This document shows, piece by piece, positions 62,701-64,000 of a DNA stretch of 64,000 nt (position 1 is its first letter; the number at the start of each line of letters is the position of its first letter). The notes under the pieces are model-generated. The model saw only the letters and a program-made list of their open reading frames with translations, was not told where the DNA came from and searched no databases. Source of the stretch: the human T2T-CHM13v2.0 reference genome, Homo sapiens. Made by a program: the position numbers and the translations under genes. The stretch lies in assembly GCF_009914755.1 (NCBI RefSeq), contig NC_060935.1, one strand, 5' to 3'.

Positions 62701-64000
62701 GAATCTATGCCCCTTTAGGCTCTCTAGAAACTGTGCCTTCCTTTCTAGGAAGGAGAACACAGTAGAAAGACCTGGGTTGGACAGGTATAGGCTTTAGGGT
62801 TGGACAGACCTGGTTTGAAATCCTGCCTCTATCACTTACCGGCTGTATGACTGTGTATTAAGGGCAACTCTCTTAATACATTCAAATCTTAATTTCCTTA
62901 TCTACAAAATGGGGATAATAATCTACTTTGAAGAGTTATTGTGAGAATTAGAAACAATGATGTTCATACTTAGGACTGTGCCTGTCCCTACTAACACTTA
63001 ATGATAGTATTCATTATAATAATGATGATGATGATTTCTGGCTCCACTGTTATTGCTTTATCTAGGATATGGTCTTTTCTCTCCTGAACCATCACATGAG
63101 TTTCCTCACTGGACTCTCTGTCTTCACTCTCTGTTGACTGCCAAATCTGCTTTTCACATAGTAGTCAGAAAAATTTTTCTAAAGTACAAATCTGATCATG
63201 ACATTCACCTGCTTAAAACTCTTTTCTCCCCCCATTCCATCTACCCTATGCCCCAGCCATAGTTGCAGGTCTCTGAGCACACATTGGTCACACACTCCCT
63301 TCTGCCATGCTTTATTCAAGGAGTTCCCTTTGCCTAAACCTGAATGTATTCTCTCCCTCCCCTCCCTCACGTCCTACCTGACGAATCCTCATCCATCACA
63401 CCCAGTGCCAATGAATGCCACCCCTCCTTGGGATGTCTGTTTACTTTGAGTCAACTGCTAGCTCCTTGAGGGCAGGGATCAGGTTTGATTCTTCTTTGTG
63501 GCCCCCTGCCTTCCTGCACAGGGCTTGACATAAAGAAGCCCTCATCAAATATTTTCAGACACTTGCTCAAGGTTGCACATGGGGTCAGAGGCAGGGTTGA
63601 GGCTTGAACCCAGGTCTCTCATCTTCCTGCTTAGGATTCTCCTCTACACATGCCATTTTGCCCCAGTGGAGAACAGGAGTGCAGGGTTAGTGGGTTGGGG
63701 GTGGGGGACCTCCCCATGTGAGGGCAGCAGGCAACCTGAGGACATCCCACACTGCATTTCAGTGCTGCATCTGCTACACTGGGGAAGGATAAAATTATCC
63801 ACTGCCCACGTCATGTATCTCCCCATCCGACGGGGACTAGAGATAAAAAATGAATGACACAAAATCCAATCTTGCCTGGTGCAGAAGCTGGTGGGGGTGG
63901 GGGTGGAGCTGGTGGCCCAAGCAGCCACTCATTGCACAGCACATCTCATATTTATTGACTCATAATTGAAGGCAGCCTGGAGATGTCCCAGCATTGGCCC

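Overview
Human (primate) genomic DNA. I recognise it from the proteins as the SPCS2-NEU3 region of 11q13.4. It holds the last two exons of SPCS2 (the first preceded by a U12-type intron ending in AC), all three coding exons of the ganglioside sialidase NEU3 (CpG-island promoter, long 3' UTR), a U6 snRNA retrocopy, and many Alu, L1, L2/MIR, Tigger/MER and ERVL/MaLR repeats. The most notable element is a ~1.1-kb endogenous bornavirus-like nucleoprotein (EBLN) on the minus strand at ~45385-46503, tail-to-tail with NEU3. It has a frameshifted N-terminal third, a stop-free C-terminal frame of ~228 homologous codons, and an A11 tail directly after its stop codon. Other unusual structures: a provirus with a HERV-L (MLT2A) 5' LTR but THE1 internal region and 3' LTR inside one 5-bp TSD; a young L1 twin-priming insertion carrying non-L1 (probably transduced) sequence; a decayed LTR40-type ERV with a gamma-type env TM remnant; and several local templated duplications. 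Repeat family names and comparisons to viral proteins rely on recalled consensus sequences, not database searches. Repeat boundaries are approximate.
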